Part shown: piece after piece, positions 37,944 through 50,791 of the stretch
How positions within the stretch are numbered: the first letter of the stretch is position 1
Layout of the letters: every line of letters starts with the position of its first letter
Assembly: GCA_048013815.1 (NCBI GenBank)
Contig: CM106586.1
Span: forward strand, 17,484,001-17,548,000
Source: Setoptus koraiensis
Lineage: Eukaryota > Animalia > Arthropoda
Length of the DNA stretch: 64,000 nt
Reading direction: 5' to 3'
Program-made: the position numbers and the translations under genes
The notes under the pieces: generated by a model
What the model saw: only the letters and a program-made list of their open reading frames with translations
Database searches by the model: none
What the model was told of the DNA's origin: nothing

Positions 37944-40153
37944 GACAACAACAATTGCGATGCATTGTGTGCGATACACACTGTTGCGTGTTGTTGTGCC
38001 GGCGCACAGGTAATTGCAGGCCCGCGGAGCCGCGCAAGCACAGGTGAGCGCAGGTAAAAACATGGACGCACGATATAGGAATTTTCTCATATTTAATTTA
38101 ATATAACAATATAATAACAATATAATAATAATATTTGTCGGCCTGTCTCGTGGTGCGAGCGGCGGCGATGTCTTCATTGAGCAACCACCGACAACAACAT
38201 GCAAACAGCGCACAACAGCGCGCTTGACAGGTCAGCTAACAGCCTGCATTTTATCATATCTATTATGCTATCGTCGTCGTCGTCTTGCTCGCCGCCATTA
38301 TCGCTGGCGCTATTATTATTGGTGGCACTATTGTTAGTGTTATTATTGCCAGTGCCACACAGGTAATAGAGAGATTTATTTATAGGGAGGCCGGCATTTG
38401 GCAACAATAATTGCGGTCACACACACACAAACAATCGCGCTTTGCCGAGCTTTGTATTTGCCGCCTCACCTGTTACCTGTCGTTAGCTGACACTTGTCAG
38501 CTCATTGCTCGTTGTCAGCAAGCCGCTTATTTTGTTACTGTCATTACTGTCATTACTGTCATTACGTAACCTATCGCGCAACTTGTGACTCGCAACTTGT
38601 GACTCGCAAGCGCTCAACGCTGATTGTGTGCGCATCGCAATAACGCGATTTGTGTCGGCGCTTGCGAGCCCATTGCGCCATGAGACGCCTCGACACGCCG
38701 CGACACGCCATGGGACCACCGGTCAGTTGTGATGTCTCAATTTGGGCAATTGGAGCGCGTCTCACGGTGACCGTGGCCGGCCGGCCCGCTGGGCCGGCGA
38801 TCATCATTTATCCGGCGCGCTTCGCCTAATCCGTGCATGGGCAGTGTCATTCAATTAATCATCGGCGCAACCGGCGCGGCCGCGCCGATCGTCTGGGCAT
38901 TCCTGCGTGCGTCCACATGACTCGCCGCGCCGGTATCGCGGGCCGTGGTCGATATCGCGGGCCGTGGTCGATGTTATCGCTCGATATCGCTCAGTATCCG
39001 CCGATCTGAGCCGATAGCCGCCGATCTGAGCCGATATCCGACGACATGAGCGAGCCGCCCGAACGCGCGATAGCCGCCCACTGGCGCAGACGGCGGCCCT
39101 GTTTGTCTTGGCCGCATGGCGAGCGCATCCCTCTTTGAACAATTAATTACAGGTGATCTAATTAAATTAGCGTTGCTTGTTGCCTGTAGCTCGCACACAC
39201 GAAATATGAATGTTTGTTAGCGTCGGGGGTAGGCGGAGCTGGCCGCTGCCGTCACATTAACAAGCGGCCTTGTCGCTGTCGTTGTTGGCGTCGTTGTTGT
39301 GCCGTCGTTGTTGTTGTTGTTGTTGCTGTTGTTGTTGTTGTTGCTGCTGCTGCTGTTGTTTGCAAGCCGAAAACTAGTTTCTAGTGCATGCACAACAGGT
39401 AGTTGGCTGGCCGGCCGGCCGGCCTCTAACACAATTGGTGTGCAAAATCACACCATCGCTGTCGGGCCAGGTAATGAGCAATTTGTGTCCGTTCGAGCTT
39501 CTTCTTTGCGCTCGTTCGCCCAAACAATCGGCGCATTCTTTTTATTATTTGCCTATCGCTAGTCTGTCATTAGCAACCCGAGTGCCGCCTCCAGTTGCCC
39601 GCTCCGACGGGCAACTCTCTCTCTTTGTATATTTACACATTTATATGCTCACACATTCACATATAAATATGAATATAACTATATATACGGCGTTACAGCG
39701 GTCAGTTGTCACTGTCCATGGACAATATGGCCGAGCCAGGTTAATTGGCGCACATCGATACAAAGCAAACAAGCGAATCATAATTATTACTCTCTCTCTC
39801 TCTCTCTCTCTCTCCTTTCTCGGTCGTGTTGTTTCGCCGGCGCACCGTCAATCTGTCCGTCCAATCACGCATATGCGTCCAATCCGAATGCGATTCAGTA
39901 TCAATTCAATTGGTGTGAGCCGCTCGCCAGAACCGATCGGCCCACAAAAATAACAGGATCTGGCCCGCTGCTAATCACAACGTCGACAACAGGCACGCCT
40001 CACCAGCAACAACAAATAACGGTCGCTTTCTACGGCAACCGGCCGCTGTTGTTGTTATTACTGCCGGGCCATCTCTCAATTAACTTTTGTGATTAACTTT
40101 TCACAATAACGAGCACCAGCAACAAACATTGTCAGTACAATGCGTTTGCTCGC

Positions 40154-40154
<1 letters not shown>

Positions 40155-40208
<54 letters not shown>

Positions 40209-40209
40209 C
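40155..40209. repeat. (CAA)n microsatellite
   Basis: Direct reading. Confidence 0.97.
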
Positions 40210-41751
40210 GACATGCTAGCTGACCATCGCTACAAATAGTGATGGCCCGCCAAACAATTAACTCATTTCTCTGGCCATCGCTCCAGCTATCCAGCTATTT
40301 TGCGCTTGTTATATCTCTCGTATGCCAGTCTCGTCCACATCGGGACGTAGATGATGAGCGGACGCTGATGAGCAATAGCGGCTAACACAGAGCAAACTCG
40401 TGATGGTCAGCTCGGCCCAACGGTCAGCCAAATCGGTCAGCGGTCGGCCCAAATAATAGGGTGACTCGTGACGTGAATTGTGCTCCGTTTGCGCACACAC
40501 ACTCAGACACGGCCGGACGTCATTCGGGGCAGTTTGCTGGATATTGAGCGGACGATTTGATAGCAGATTTGAGTGGACTCGCCGACTAGGCTTCGCTGGC
40601 AGCCGACGAGATCGGCGCATGAGATTGCATTTGACTTGCTAAATTAACATCTAATTTGTTGCTAATGATTTTGATAATTATCAATCAATTTAGCTAATTG
40701 CCAAGCAATGCGTAAGTACGGCATAAGTACGAGTGCATGGTATATAGTTATCAACTCATGGGTTCGTCTGTTGTTGTGTCCAGCAGCGGCACCGGGCACA
40801 ACATCGAGAGAAAGAGATGGCCGTTTGAGATAAGGTGAGCGCAAATCGTGCCTCGGAGCTGTCTACTGCAAACTGCCAGATATAGGTGATAGCGTTATAA
40901 ACAACAATGAGCGCACCCAAGAGTGATCGTCGTGATTAGTTCATAACTTAATCGCAATTATTATTAATAGCTTTGTGTTTGTGTCTGGGCCTGTGAGTAG
41001 TAGTTGATATGTTGTTTGTGTTTGTGTATCACCATCAACGTTGTCCGCTCGATTAATAACAACAACAACGGCATGACTTTTGCGTTCAATCAACACACAC
41101 GATTCGACATGACCATTGCCGGCCGACTGGCCAATCGTATATTATGTATCGCATTGTGATACACAGATACAAATATAAATATATATATATTTTTTTTTAT
41201 ATACAAGTGTGCGTACAAATTGCGACATCCCGTGATTAACTTTAGCGCACACTGAACTAATTAATTGGCGTTCCCACTTGCGCGCTTGCTCCCCTTGTCA
41301 CCTCGTTATAATTGCCCCTCGTCTGGCCTGTTTATACCATAATAAACAGCATAGTTCGAGGCCTCTATTTATCGAGCTGGCGCCACCTGTTGTGCCTAGG
41401 TGAGGCGGCAGTGTAGTTGGTGATGTAAAAAACTGCCATGTATTAACAAAAGAGCTAAAATAAATACGTGGCTCTCGCTATCGTATAAAAACTGTGTATA
41501 TAGGCTGGTTGGCCGGCCAGTTGGCCGGCCGGCCACTCATGATGCCAGCGATAACAATTAGCGTCTAATGTTCATTAGCATCATTAACATTTCTAATATT
41601 AAGTGTTATGTGTTCCTTTTTAAAGTTGCCGCTTATGTATAAATTATCATTATTATTATTAGTATTAGTTAGTTGTCGCTAACAATTAACATCCTGACAG
41701 CTCACCTGAGCTTGCTAAAGTCACACTCGCTCGCTTTGGTTGAGTTACACT

Positions 41752-41752
<1 letters not shown>

Positions 41753-41792
<40 letters not shown>

Positions 41793-41800
41793 CTCTCTCG
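41753..41800. repeat. (CT)n microsatellite
   Basis: Direct reading. Confidence 0.97.
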
Positions 41801-44800
41801 CTTGTAATAGAGAGTAACTTGAGCAAACCAAATCTGCCTAAAATTAACTCGGCTACCAAACTAACAACAACGCCAAACTAACATTATATATCATTATTGT
41901 TACTAAATGATGTTAGATGCTAAATGCTTTGTTAGTTGTTGTTTAAATTTCGGTTTAGTTGTTAACTAACTATCTCTAACTCAACTAGAATAACTAACTA
42001 ACTAAATTCTCGCCGTCGTCCTTATTGTTTTTTAAATTCTGCCCCTTCCTACTGGCCTTAATCTAGCTAACACTATCCATTGCTCAATTATTACAATTTT
42101 CCCTTCATCCGTCTATTTGTTGGTTCGTTAGTGTGCTGCCGCTGCTGCTGTTGTTGTCGTTGTTGTTGTTAACGTTGCTGCCTTCCATTGTTGCCTGTGA
42201 TAAATGACTAATGGCAACTGCTTAACTAACGATCATGCTAAAAACCTAATTCATGCTTTAGTGAATATTAGATAGATGGAGATGCAAAGCCAACGACGAT
42301 GATGACAACAACATGACCAAAGATGTGAACCTCATCATTTGCATCATCTAGTTGCCATTGCTGGCACATACATACAAAAAACTGTAAATTAATATAATAT
42401 AATATAATAACTGGCAGTGGTAGTTGTAAAATAATAATAATGATAGACACACTATTATTTAAAACTACACATTGTGTGTACCATATCATTGGTTTCTAGG
42501 TGCGCCATATAAAGTCATTGTTGTTGTTCTTGTTACGTGGGTGCGTCAAGGTGACAAATTTGTCACCGTGTCTTTCATACAGGTCAACTCGATATGTTAT
42601 TCTTTAAGATTCTTTTGACTCCTTAATGATTTTTGACATAACTACAGCAAGCTATAATCATCTCTCGCTCTCTCAGTCTAGTCTTTCATCAATCCAATCT
42701 AGTGCTAGTTGAACGACGACGACTAGCAATACAAAGAAGCAGTTGATAATAATTGAAAGCACCAACCAGTTGTGTAGCTGCTATTGTTGTTGTCGTTGTT
42801 GTCGCAGTGTTAGTTAATTTATAGGTTGCCGTTCGTTTTGTTCACAACTTCTTCTTAGCTCGCACTGGTAGTTTCACAAACGGCTACAATTGAGCAGCTG
42901 AATATTCACAACAGTATTGGTATAAATATGAGCTACTAATTCAAATTTATACTGCCTGCTTATCATGCTGGTGATAAAGATGCAATTTAATAATCATCAT
43001 GCTAATGAACTTTCTCTCTAGCCCCCTTTTTGCATACGCAGACTTCGCAGACAACAACTATAGGCGTATGCTTATTAAATGTCTGTCGACGTCAATAGAC
43101 GTTACATGACAAGTTTGCTCTGGTCGTTGGTTCTAATTCGAAAATTTTGCATTTCACTTTTGTTGTTGTTACTGCATCTTGTATATCCTGTGATCGCTAA
43201 GGGTGAATGGCAGTGTGTATCAGTTGGTTATGCTTCAATTAGCGATATCACCATCCCTCTTTCTTCGTTGTTGTTGCTCTTGTTTAATCATTTATTTAAA
43301 TAAATATATCATGTGTTCGTCACTATTCCATCCAGTTCCACTTACACACACAAGTTTGCACATCTTTGTCGCTCTCCTGTCCATGTCTCTGCTATACATA
43401 CTACTCCTAATTACTGTTGCTATGAAACTATCCTCTTTGTCTCGTATGAGCAACAATTATGATGGCGTAGAGAAAATATTAAACAGAATAATTACTCATG
43501 TCTCATCATCATCATCATCATCTGATTAATTGTTGTCGTTGTCGTTGTTTCAGCGTTACTGCTCGGCAGTCATCTTTCAATCATCATCACCATTCTTGTG
43601 TCTTGTCATCATTGTGATCTGAGAAGTAGCACTAGTTTGTTTGACAGGCGCTGTCAGACATGCACGACGACAGCTGAAACGACCCCTAATAAGCCCCCTT
43701 TCATGTCAAGTAACAAAGTATTATCTATTATAATATGATAATGTACATGTGCTCATGAATGGCTTCAAGTCGGCTTAAGTTACCATCCTGACAAATCTTG
43801 TTCAATCAAGTTAGTCACAATGTCATGATGGTTGTGTAATACTACTGTATGTTAGCACAATATATAGACAAGCTAGTTTTAATCGTATTAACAACAACGA
43901 CACAATGCTGCTACTTCACAACCACCATATTATCATACATAACAGTTGCCTTATTGTTGGTAACATCCCTCATCCCTTTTGATATTGCTTGTTGTGTTGT
44001 GTGTCTGGCGAGAAGATTGTGTACGAGAGAGTATCTTTCTTCGGTTGCCATCACAACTGTGTCATGTCTATTTGATATTGTGCTTTATGGATGCTGAAAG
44101 TTTTCAAAGGAAACCGCCGGCCACTTTTAATGGTGTCTTCCACTCTATGTGTGCTCCATATTGTGATGATTTCACGATCAACTATCGCTGGTGGCTATCA
44201 ATTTATGATGGCTGATATTTATGAATATCAATCCGTGCCCGAGCCATAGACTGAAGATGTGTGGCCGTCTTACTAACCAGCGTAGGCTCTTACACAACAT
44301 ACACAATTCAACCACTTTAAAATCCCCTGGCGCATATGATATGACGAGATTGAGAGTCGTATTGAACTTTATGTTTGTGTGTATCTATCAATTTCCCAAG
44401 CCACACTGTGCCATCTTTTATCGCTTAATGTGTTAGATAATATAATGTGTTATATAATAGCTAGATATTGACTAGGCAGTGCAATTGTTGTTAGTAACAC
44501 ATCCGTGACCGTTGCTCCATTTTGCACTAGCTTGGATTGTGTTAGTATATGAATAGTGGCTTCTTCATCCACCAGAGCCATCACCATTTGATATGATGAT
44601 GTGATGTTTATAGTGACTATGCTCAGTCTGGTCCCATTTCAACAACAGTGTGATGTGTGTATGCGTATGTAGATAGATAAAGTATTAATAACTAGCTTCT
44701 CGCTACAAGCACCACTTTGCACAACAACTACCATGTCGTGCCATTAGATGCAGTTCTTCTCGGTTATTTAGATTTGATTTGACGCTCAACTCCAGCCAGT

Positions 44801-45949
44801 TCTTACTAGTTTGATGAGATCACAACTCCCAGTAATGATGATAACCGTGCCGATGATGCAAGAGATCATAAACAAATTGCCATGTGTGTATCATTTGATT
44901 TGAGTGTTGCTTGGCCTAAATGGTCTATGGTTGGTGTTGTTTGCACACCAAGTCCCAGCACCAAATGTCTTTTTAATTGCTTTCTCCTGGCTGTCGTGGT
45001 GCCTTCTATACTTAAATAGCAACTACGTATATATTCTCACACAGATCCTAATAACCATCGCAACACAACAACCAATTGGCATAATAAACTAATTGAGTAG
45101 ATATACAATGACTGCCGTTTGTAACAGATACAAATCTTTTTGGTTTAAATAAATCAACAATATGGCCGCCAATCAATTAAACACAATACTCGTGTACAGT
45201 ATGCAGTGAACTGGCCAATTGGCCATATAGATCTAGACCGCGAAACTATACCGTTGATGTCCGCATGCAGGCAGCAGGGCAACTGCAAAGGCACCGCCAC
45301 GCCATCTTGTGTCGGGCACTGCCATCAAAGAACAAATTTATATTCGAAAGAGCGCCAAACAGTCTGTGTGTTTTGCGCGTTGCCCGCTTGGGTACTTCAC
45401 CTTACATGGTGGCATATTTTTTTTCTTCATATCAATATCCGGTATAACTGCACTAATTGTAGCGATACAGGTGACTGACTATGAACGTAACCTAGACTGA
45501 TCCAGTAGAGGATTCGGCGCCTCCAAAAATCCGTCTGTTCTCGATGAATGTCTTGCGGCCTCGTTTTCAGCGATGTCGACACATCTTTTCGCACACATCT
45601 TGGTATATTTCAAGCCAATAATAGAGAGAATATTCGACGAATGATACGACAGATATGAACCCCGAGCGAATAATCAGGCCAGCTCGGTTGGCTGATATTC
45701 ATGGTTCAGTCTGATATAGTACAGTGCGTAGTTGTGCGTAGTGTTGTGATAGAAACGGCGGGCATGCCCTTGAGGTGAACCCAAACCAAGGTCGTCGCGC
45801 GAACAAAAGATTAGGGCGCCAAAGTTTTATCCCCGTAAACAATGAATTGCGAGACCCAAATATCTACCTAAAAATGATTGCCTTCTCCTAACCAACTTTC
45901 CCCATCTTATCTCTTCCAATTGAATTCTAATACATTCAAAATGAAACAG

Positions 45950-46152
45950 AAAGGGTCGAAGGCCATCATGGAAGTTTCAATGGCAAACAATCGGCTAAGA
46001 AGAAAAGGAAGTCTCGCACGGCCTTCACAAATCATCAAATCTATGAACTAGAGCAGAGATTTATCATTCAAAAGTATCTATCACCCACTGACAGAGACGA
46101 AATCGCCCTCTCGCTAGGATTGACTAATGCCCAAGTTATCACTTGGTTTCAG
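45950..46152 (+). CDS. Lbx: Ladybird homeobox exon 2 (homeodomain up to WFQ)
   Basis: KKKRKSRTAFTNHQIYELEQRFIIQKYLSPTDRDEIALSLGLTNAQVITWFQ, with the Lbx-diagnostic T47. Acceptor aaacag at 45949 (phase 1, CTAAT branch ~45927); donor GTAAGC at 46153. Not in the supplied ORF track. Confidence 0.93.
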
Positions 46153-46204
46153 GTAAGCAACGATATCTGAGATACACTATTGTTCACGTGACAATATCCA
46201 CACC

Positions 46205-46249
46205 GTGCGTGAGTGCAGTGACGATAACACCAGTGTATTCATCACACAC
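46205..46249 (+). repeat. 45-bp exact copy of histone intergenic sequence 47837-47881 inside Lbx intron 2
   Basis: gtgcgtgagtgcagtgacgataacaccagtgtattcatcacacac is identical at both sites. It is flanked by CACACC at 46199-46204 and 46245-46250. Confidence 0.9.
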
Positions 46250-46342
46250 CATATTGCAATAATAATAATAGTTCATGAAAATAACAATCCAAAATATATA
46301 TCTATTCTATCCCGTCTCACCTAATCCATATGCTATGTTTAG

Positions 46343-46948
46343 AATCGACGTGCAAAATACAAAAGAGATATTGAAGAGTTGCAGAGAGATCTTGAGACTG
46401 CACAACTACAAGGGATCCAAAAGAATATCTTCGACTCTTTCCAGGCAATGTCACAACTGAAGTCTGCCCCTTCGAAGACGGGCGATCATATAAGCTCGGC
46501 TCTATCATTAGTGAAGAAATCATCATCTCAATCTTCCTCTCCGGCTGCTTCACTAGTTAGTGATTCCAATATAAACAACTCCACTCTTTTCAAACAAGAG
46601 ACCAACGAAACTGGCACCCCTTCGACCTCATCATCTGCCAAATCCGAATCGACAGCTCAGTCTATTATTGGCTCTACACCACCATCAATTGAAAGTCACC
46701 AAAATCATCACCATCATTTAAGTCACTCGTTGCACCAGACACGATCGGCGTTTCCACATTTTAACCCCCATCATCTATCTCATCTCAATCAACATTCGTT
46801 AAGCCACCACCATCAACTATCACAGGGATCACTAGGGGGTGGCCTACTAGATCCGCTAGGATTCCAGTCACATAGTCACTACCACCATCTAGTAGCAGCT
46901 GCGGCAGCATTGCTTCGTCAGCAGCCAGAAGAAGCCCCACGCGATTAG
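46343..46948 (+). CDS. Lbx: Ladybird homeobox exon 3 (NRRAKYKRDIEELQRDLE + Ser/His-rich tail)
   Basis: Acceptor gtttag at 46342, phase 0, completes helix 3. The post-homeodomain KRDxEExxxD is typical of Lbx. It is in frame with ORF 46379..46948, and AATAAA follows at 46999. Confidence 0.92.
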   Translation, partial: NRRAKYKRDIEELQRDLETAQLQGIQKNIFDSFQAMSQLKSAPSKTGDHISSALSLVKKSSSQSSSPAASLVSDSNINNSTLFKQETNETGTPSTSSSAKSESTAQSIIGSTPPSIESHQNHHHHLSHSLHQTRSAFPHFNPHHLSHLNQHSLSHHHQLSQGSLGGGLLDPLGFQSHSHYHHLVAAAAALLRQQPEEAPRD

Positions 46949-47142
46949 ATCAGACCGAAAAGAATTGTGTTTATAGTTTGTAGTGGTTTTCAATAGATAA
47001 TAAATCGGGAGACTAAATTTGAATATGTTGTAAAATATTTATTGAAAAGACGACCAGTCGTGGGCCTCAATCATGACCTTCTGTTAGTGGATCTTCAAAT
47101 ATCTTAGGCTCTCTTAGTTCGCTCACATATTTACAGTTATTT

Positions 47143-47158
47143 GGCCCTGAGAAGGGCC
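47143..47158 (-). terminator. Histone 3' stem-loop of H2B copy 3 (GGCCCT-TCTC-AGGGCC)
   Basis: Same stem and position as in copy 2. The downstream AATAAA is also conserved (~47038-47043). Confidence 0.9.
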
Positions 47159-47233
47159 TTTTGGTTTTCAAAGTATTTACATTAAGCATCCACTGTTAGG
47201 GTGGATGGTTAGAAAAGTCCAGTGCTAGCGTCC

Positions 47234-47608
47234 TTATTTGGATGAGGTGTATTTGGTGACAGCCTTTGTTCCTTCAGAGACGGCGTGTTTGGCCAACTCT
47301 CCGGGCAATAGGAGACGAACAGCGGTTTGGATTTCGCGAGATGTGATGGTCGATCTCTTGTTGTAGTGGGCCAATCGGCTTGCTTCGGCAGCAATACGCT
47401 CGAAAATGTCGTTGACAAATGAGTTCATGATAGACATGGCTTTGGATGAGACACCAGTGTCTGGGTGGACTTGCTTCAACACCTTGTAGATGTAGATGGA
47501 GAACGATTCCTTCCTTCTCTTCTTCTTCTTCTTTTTGTCACCAGCTCGGACAGCTTTTTGGGCCTTTCCTGCCTTTTTGACGGCTTTTCCTGATGGCTGA
47601 GGAGGCAT
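47234..47608 (-). CDS. H2B: Histone H2B (copy 3)
   Basis: Protein identical to copies 1 and 2. Confidence 0.99.
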   Translation of the reverse strand: MPPQPSGKAVKKAGKAQKAVRAGDKKKKKKRRKESFSIYIYKVLKQVHPDTGVSSKAMSIMNSFVNDIFERIAAEASRLAHYNKRSTITSREIQTAVRLLLPGELAKHAVSEGTKAVTKYTSSK

Positions 47609-48591
<983 letters not shown>

Positions 48592-48695
48592 GCGGACTGA
48601 ATCCCTTAAACATTATGATTGGGACTAACAAAAAAATAAATTGTAAATAGTTTAAACACAGATTATGCTCGTTTCATCGGGTTCATCATCTCAAC

Positions 48696-48711
48696 GGCCC
48701 TTTTGAGGGCC
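48696..48711 (+). terminator. Histone 3' stem-loop of H2A copy 2 (GGCCCT-TTTG-AGGGCC)
   Basis: Same stem and flanks as copy 1. Confidence 0.9.
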
Positions 48712-48877
48712 AAATTCAATCGTGAGCGATATACAAGGGCTTAGATATTGTAACCTCCGACTAGAACTTGGCCGTGGGCGGCGAAACTAAATTTGTAAAT
48801 AAATTTTGAGACCGTTATGATTCTTAAATAAAATATTGACTATTTATTAGTGAACTATATATAACCTTTGTCTGACC

Positions 48878-50791
48878 TCAATCATATCATTTTCGTGTTA
48901 AACCTCCCTCTTCCAGATTTAGCTCGGAAGTTCCTTTGGTGTGACCTTTTGTATAGTACCATGGCGCAATTTCCGTCTACCACTCGTGTTCGACTACATT
49001 AACTATTCTCAAGTATTCCTTGGCCGTCTCCATTGTTTCATTACACATGATGCACTCCGGTTGAACCTCGAACAGCGAGGAATGGGGATGGGCGGCATCA
49101 TAGAAAAACCCAGATAACAATGCCTCTCTTATGCTGATTGTATCTCTCTTATTCTTGTTTGGCTTGATCTTGATTTCGGCACGCTCCATCAGTGCAACCA
49201 ATTGATCTCGAACATCTCTTGCTCGACACACGGAAAGATACTGAACAAAACTATCTGTGCACCATTGTTTACTAAAATTGCTCTCAGCCCATTTTTCATA
49301 TACTTTCAGGAGAGTTACATGATCACCACAGGGAGAAAAGAAACCTTTCTTGGAAGTATCAGCATGAAGAGCTTTATCTTTGGGACGAAAAAATATGGAA
49401 CCGTTCACATTGTGCATAGATATCATTGTCATTATCTCTTCGCTACACTTATATTTTTCAGACACAATTAGAGCTTTCGACATCATAAGATCCAAAGGAT
49501 CTCTTTCTTTTCTCCTATCCAAGTGAGCTGTGCCTTATCATCCAATGCTTGAATTGGTTTGGTTGGAGAATACAATTGTTCCAATGCTAGTGTGGGTGAC
49601 TGATCCTTCGGCTCATCAAGATAAGGGAAGCCTTTTATATCTTGCACGCCCATAATTTTGAATAGAAAAACAACGTTACTGAGATTCACCCGTTGTATCT
49701 CAGGTGCGGGATTTTCTTCAAATTCTTCTTCGAACTGCTGTTTCGTGTACAACCTAAAACACTTCCCCGGGGCGACACGTCCCGCTCTTCCTTTTCGTTG
49801 ATCAGCATTAGCTTTGGATATGGCCGTTACTTTGAGAGATTCGATACTAGTGTTGGGATCAAAATTGTTTTGTTTACAAAATCCGGGGTCAATGACGTAA
49901 ATCATACCATCTATGGTAAGAGACGTTTCAGCTATGTCGGTAGCTAAGACAACTTTTCGTGCACCTTCAGGTGTTCGTTCGAATACTTTCGCTTGTAGAT
50001 CTGTTGGAAGATTAGTATATATGGGTCGTAGAATAAGTTCGTGACATTCAGAGCCTAACTTGCGCATCTTTTCCTGAATAGCTTTCTCTACAGTTTCTAT
50101 CTCTCCTTGACTCGGAAGAAAGACAAGAATGTCACCGAGAGTTGTTAAATGTGTTCGAAAAACTGTTGACACACAAGCCTCAAGATAATCTCCTACAGAT
50201 GAGTTTGCTTTTGCGTCTGATATTTTGAATATAGGAGCTCCACTAAAGAAACTACTGAATTTCTCTTGGTTCAGTGTGGCACTTGATATGATAACACGAA
50301 AGTCCTTCCTAATTTTGATGATATCCTCAATCAGACCGAACAAGATATCAGTGTGCAGAGTTCGCTCGTGGGCCTCGTCGATAATCATCACAGAATAATT
50401 CTCCAGTGTTGGATTGTCTATCGCGTATCAGCTCCCCAAACTCTAGCTTCTCATCAACAATATAATCATAATTCTTTTGCTTTATTTTTCCATCTCTACC
50501 TCCAAATCTTAGATAGGCTTTATTGAGTCTTTCCTCCTCCCATCGCCTCTGTTCACCTCCAGGCTGTTGATCTTTATCATTGAGGTCATCTTCATCGAGA
50601 GGTTTATCTCGGGGAATCCGGTATTGTTGTACTTTGAGCATATCACTGGCATTCTTTCTATCTTTTGCCAATCTGAGTATCGTCTCTTGGTTGTCAAGAC
50701 TTTTTTTCTCCCTCTTTGTCAATTCCTCTTGATTGAACAGTTTTTTTGTGGCATCATCTGGCATACTGCGACCTGGTTTGTGTGACGACAT
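48878..50791 (-). pseudogene. DHX16: DHX16 pseudogene (unprocessed duplicate)
   Basis: Split into ORFs 50348-50791, 49483-50391 and 48977-49522. A 440-nt frameshifting deletion (copy A 8790-9229) removes the GxGKT P-loop. There is a -4 frameshift near 49500, 111-nt and 60-nt in-frame deletions, and a degraded 3' end. Confidence 0.93.

Larger units (their letters stand above)
24778..45949 (+). other. Lbx intron 1, 21,172 nt
   Basis: Phase-compatible donor and acceptor between the two Lbx motif blocks. No credible coding ORF inside; the listed ORFs there are low-complexity. Confidence 0.75.

Noticed and set aside
18478-40620. Dozens of 60-330 aa ORFs in the Lbx upstream region and intron (e.g. 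21343-22350, 28173-28910, 33707-34309)
   Set aside because: Many begin with non-ATG codons, overlap in several frames, and are R/A/P/G-rich or repeat-derived. This is expected in stop-poor GC-rich DNA, and no recognisable domain is present.
43208-43229. miR-34-like sequence TGGCAGTGTGTATCAGTTGGTT
   Set aside because: The seed matches, but there are several 3' mismatches. The best local hairpin leaves the seed bulged, with no CACTGCC-type star arm. A small-RNA library would settle it.
45765-45800. gaggtgaacccaaaccaaggtcg resembling SRP RNA helix 6-8
   Set aside because: Lacks the GGAAACGGAGCAGG helix 8 motif and the Alu domain.
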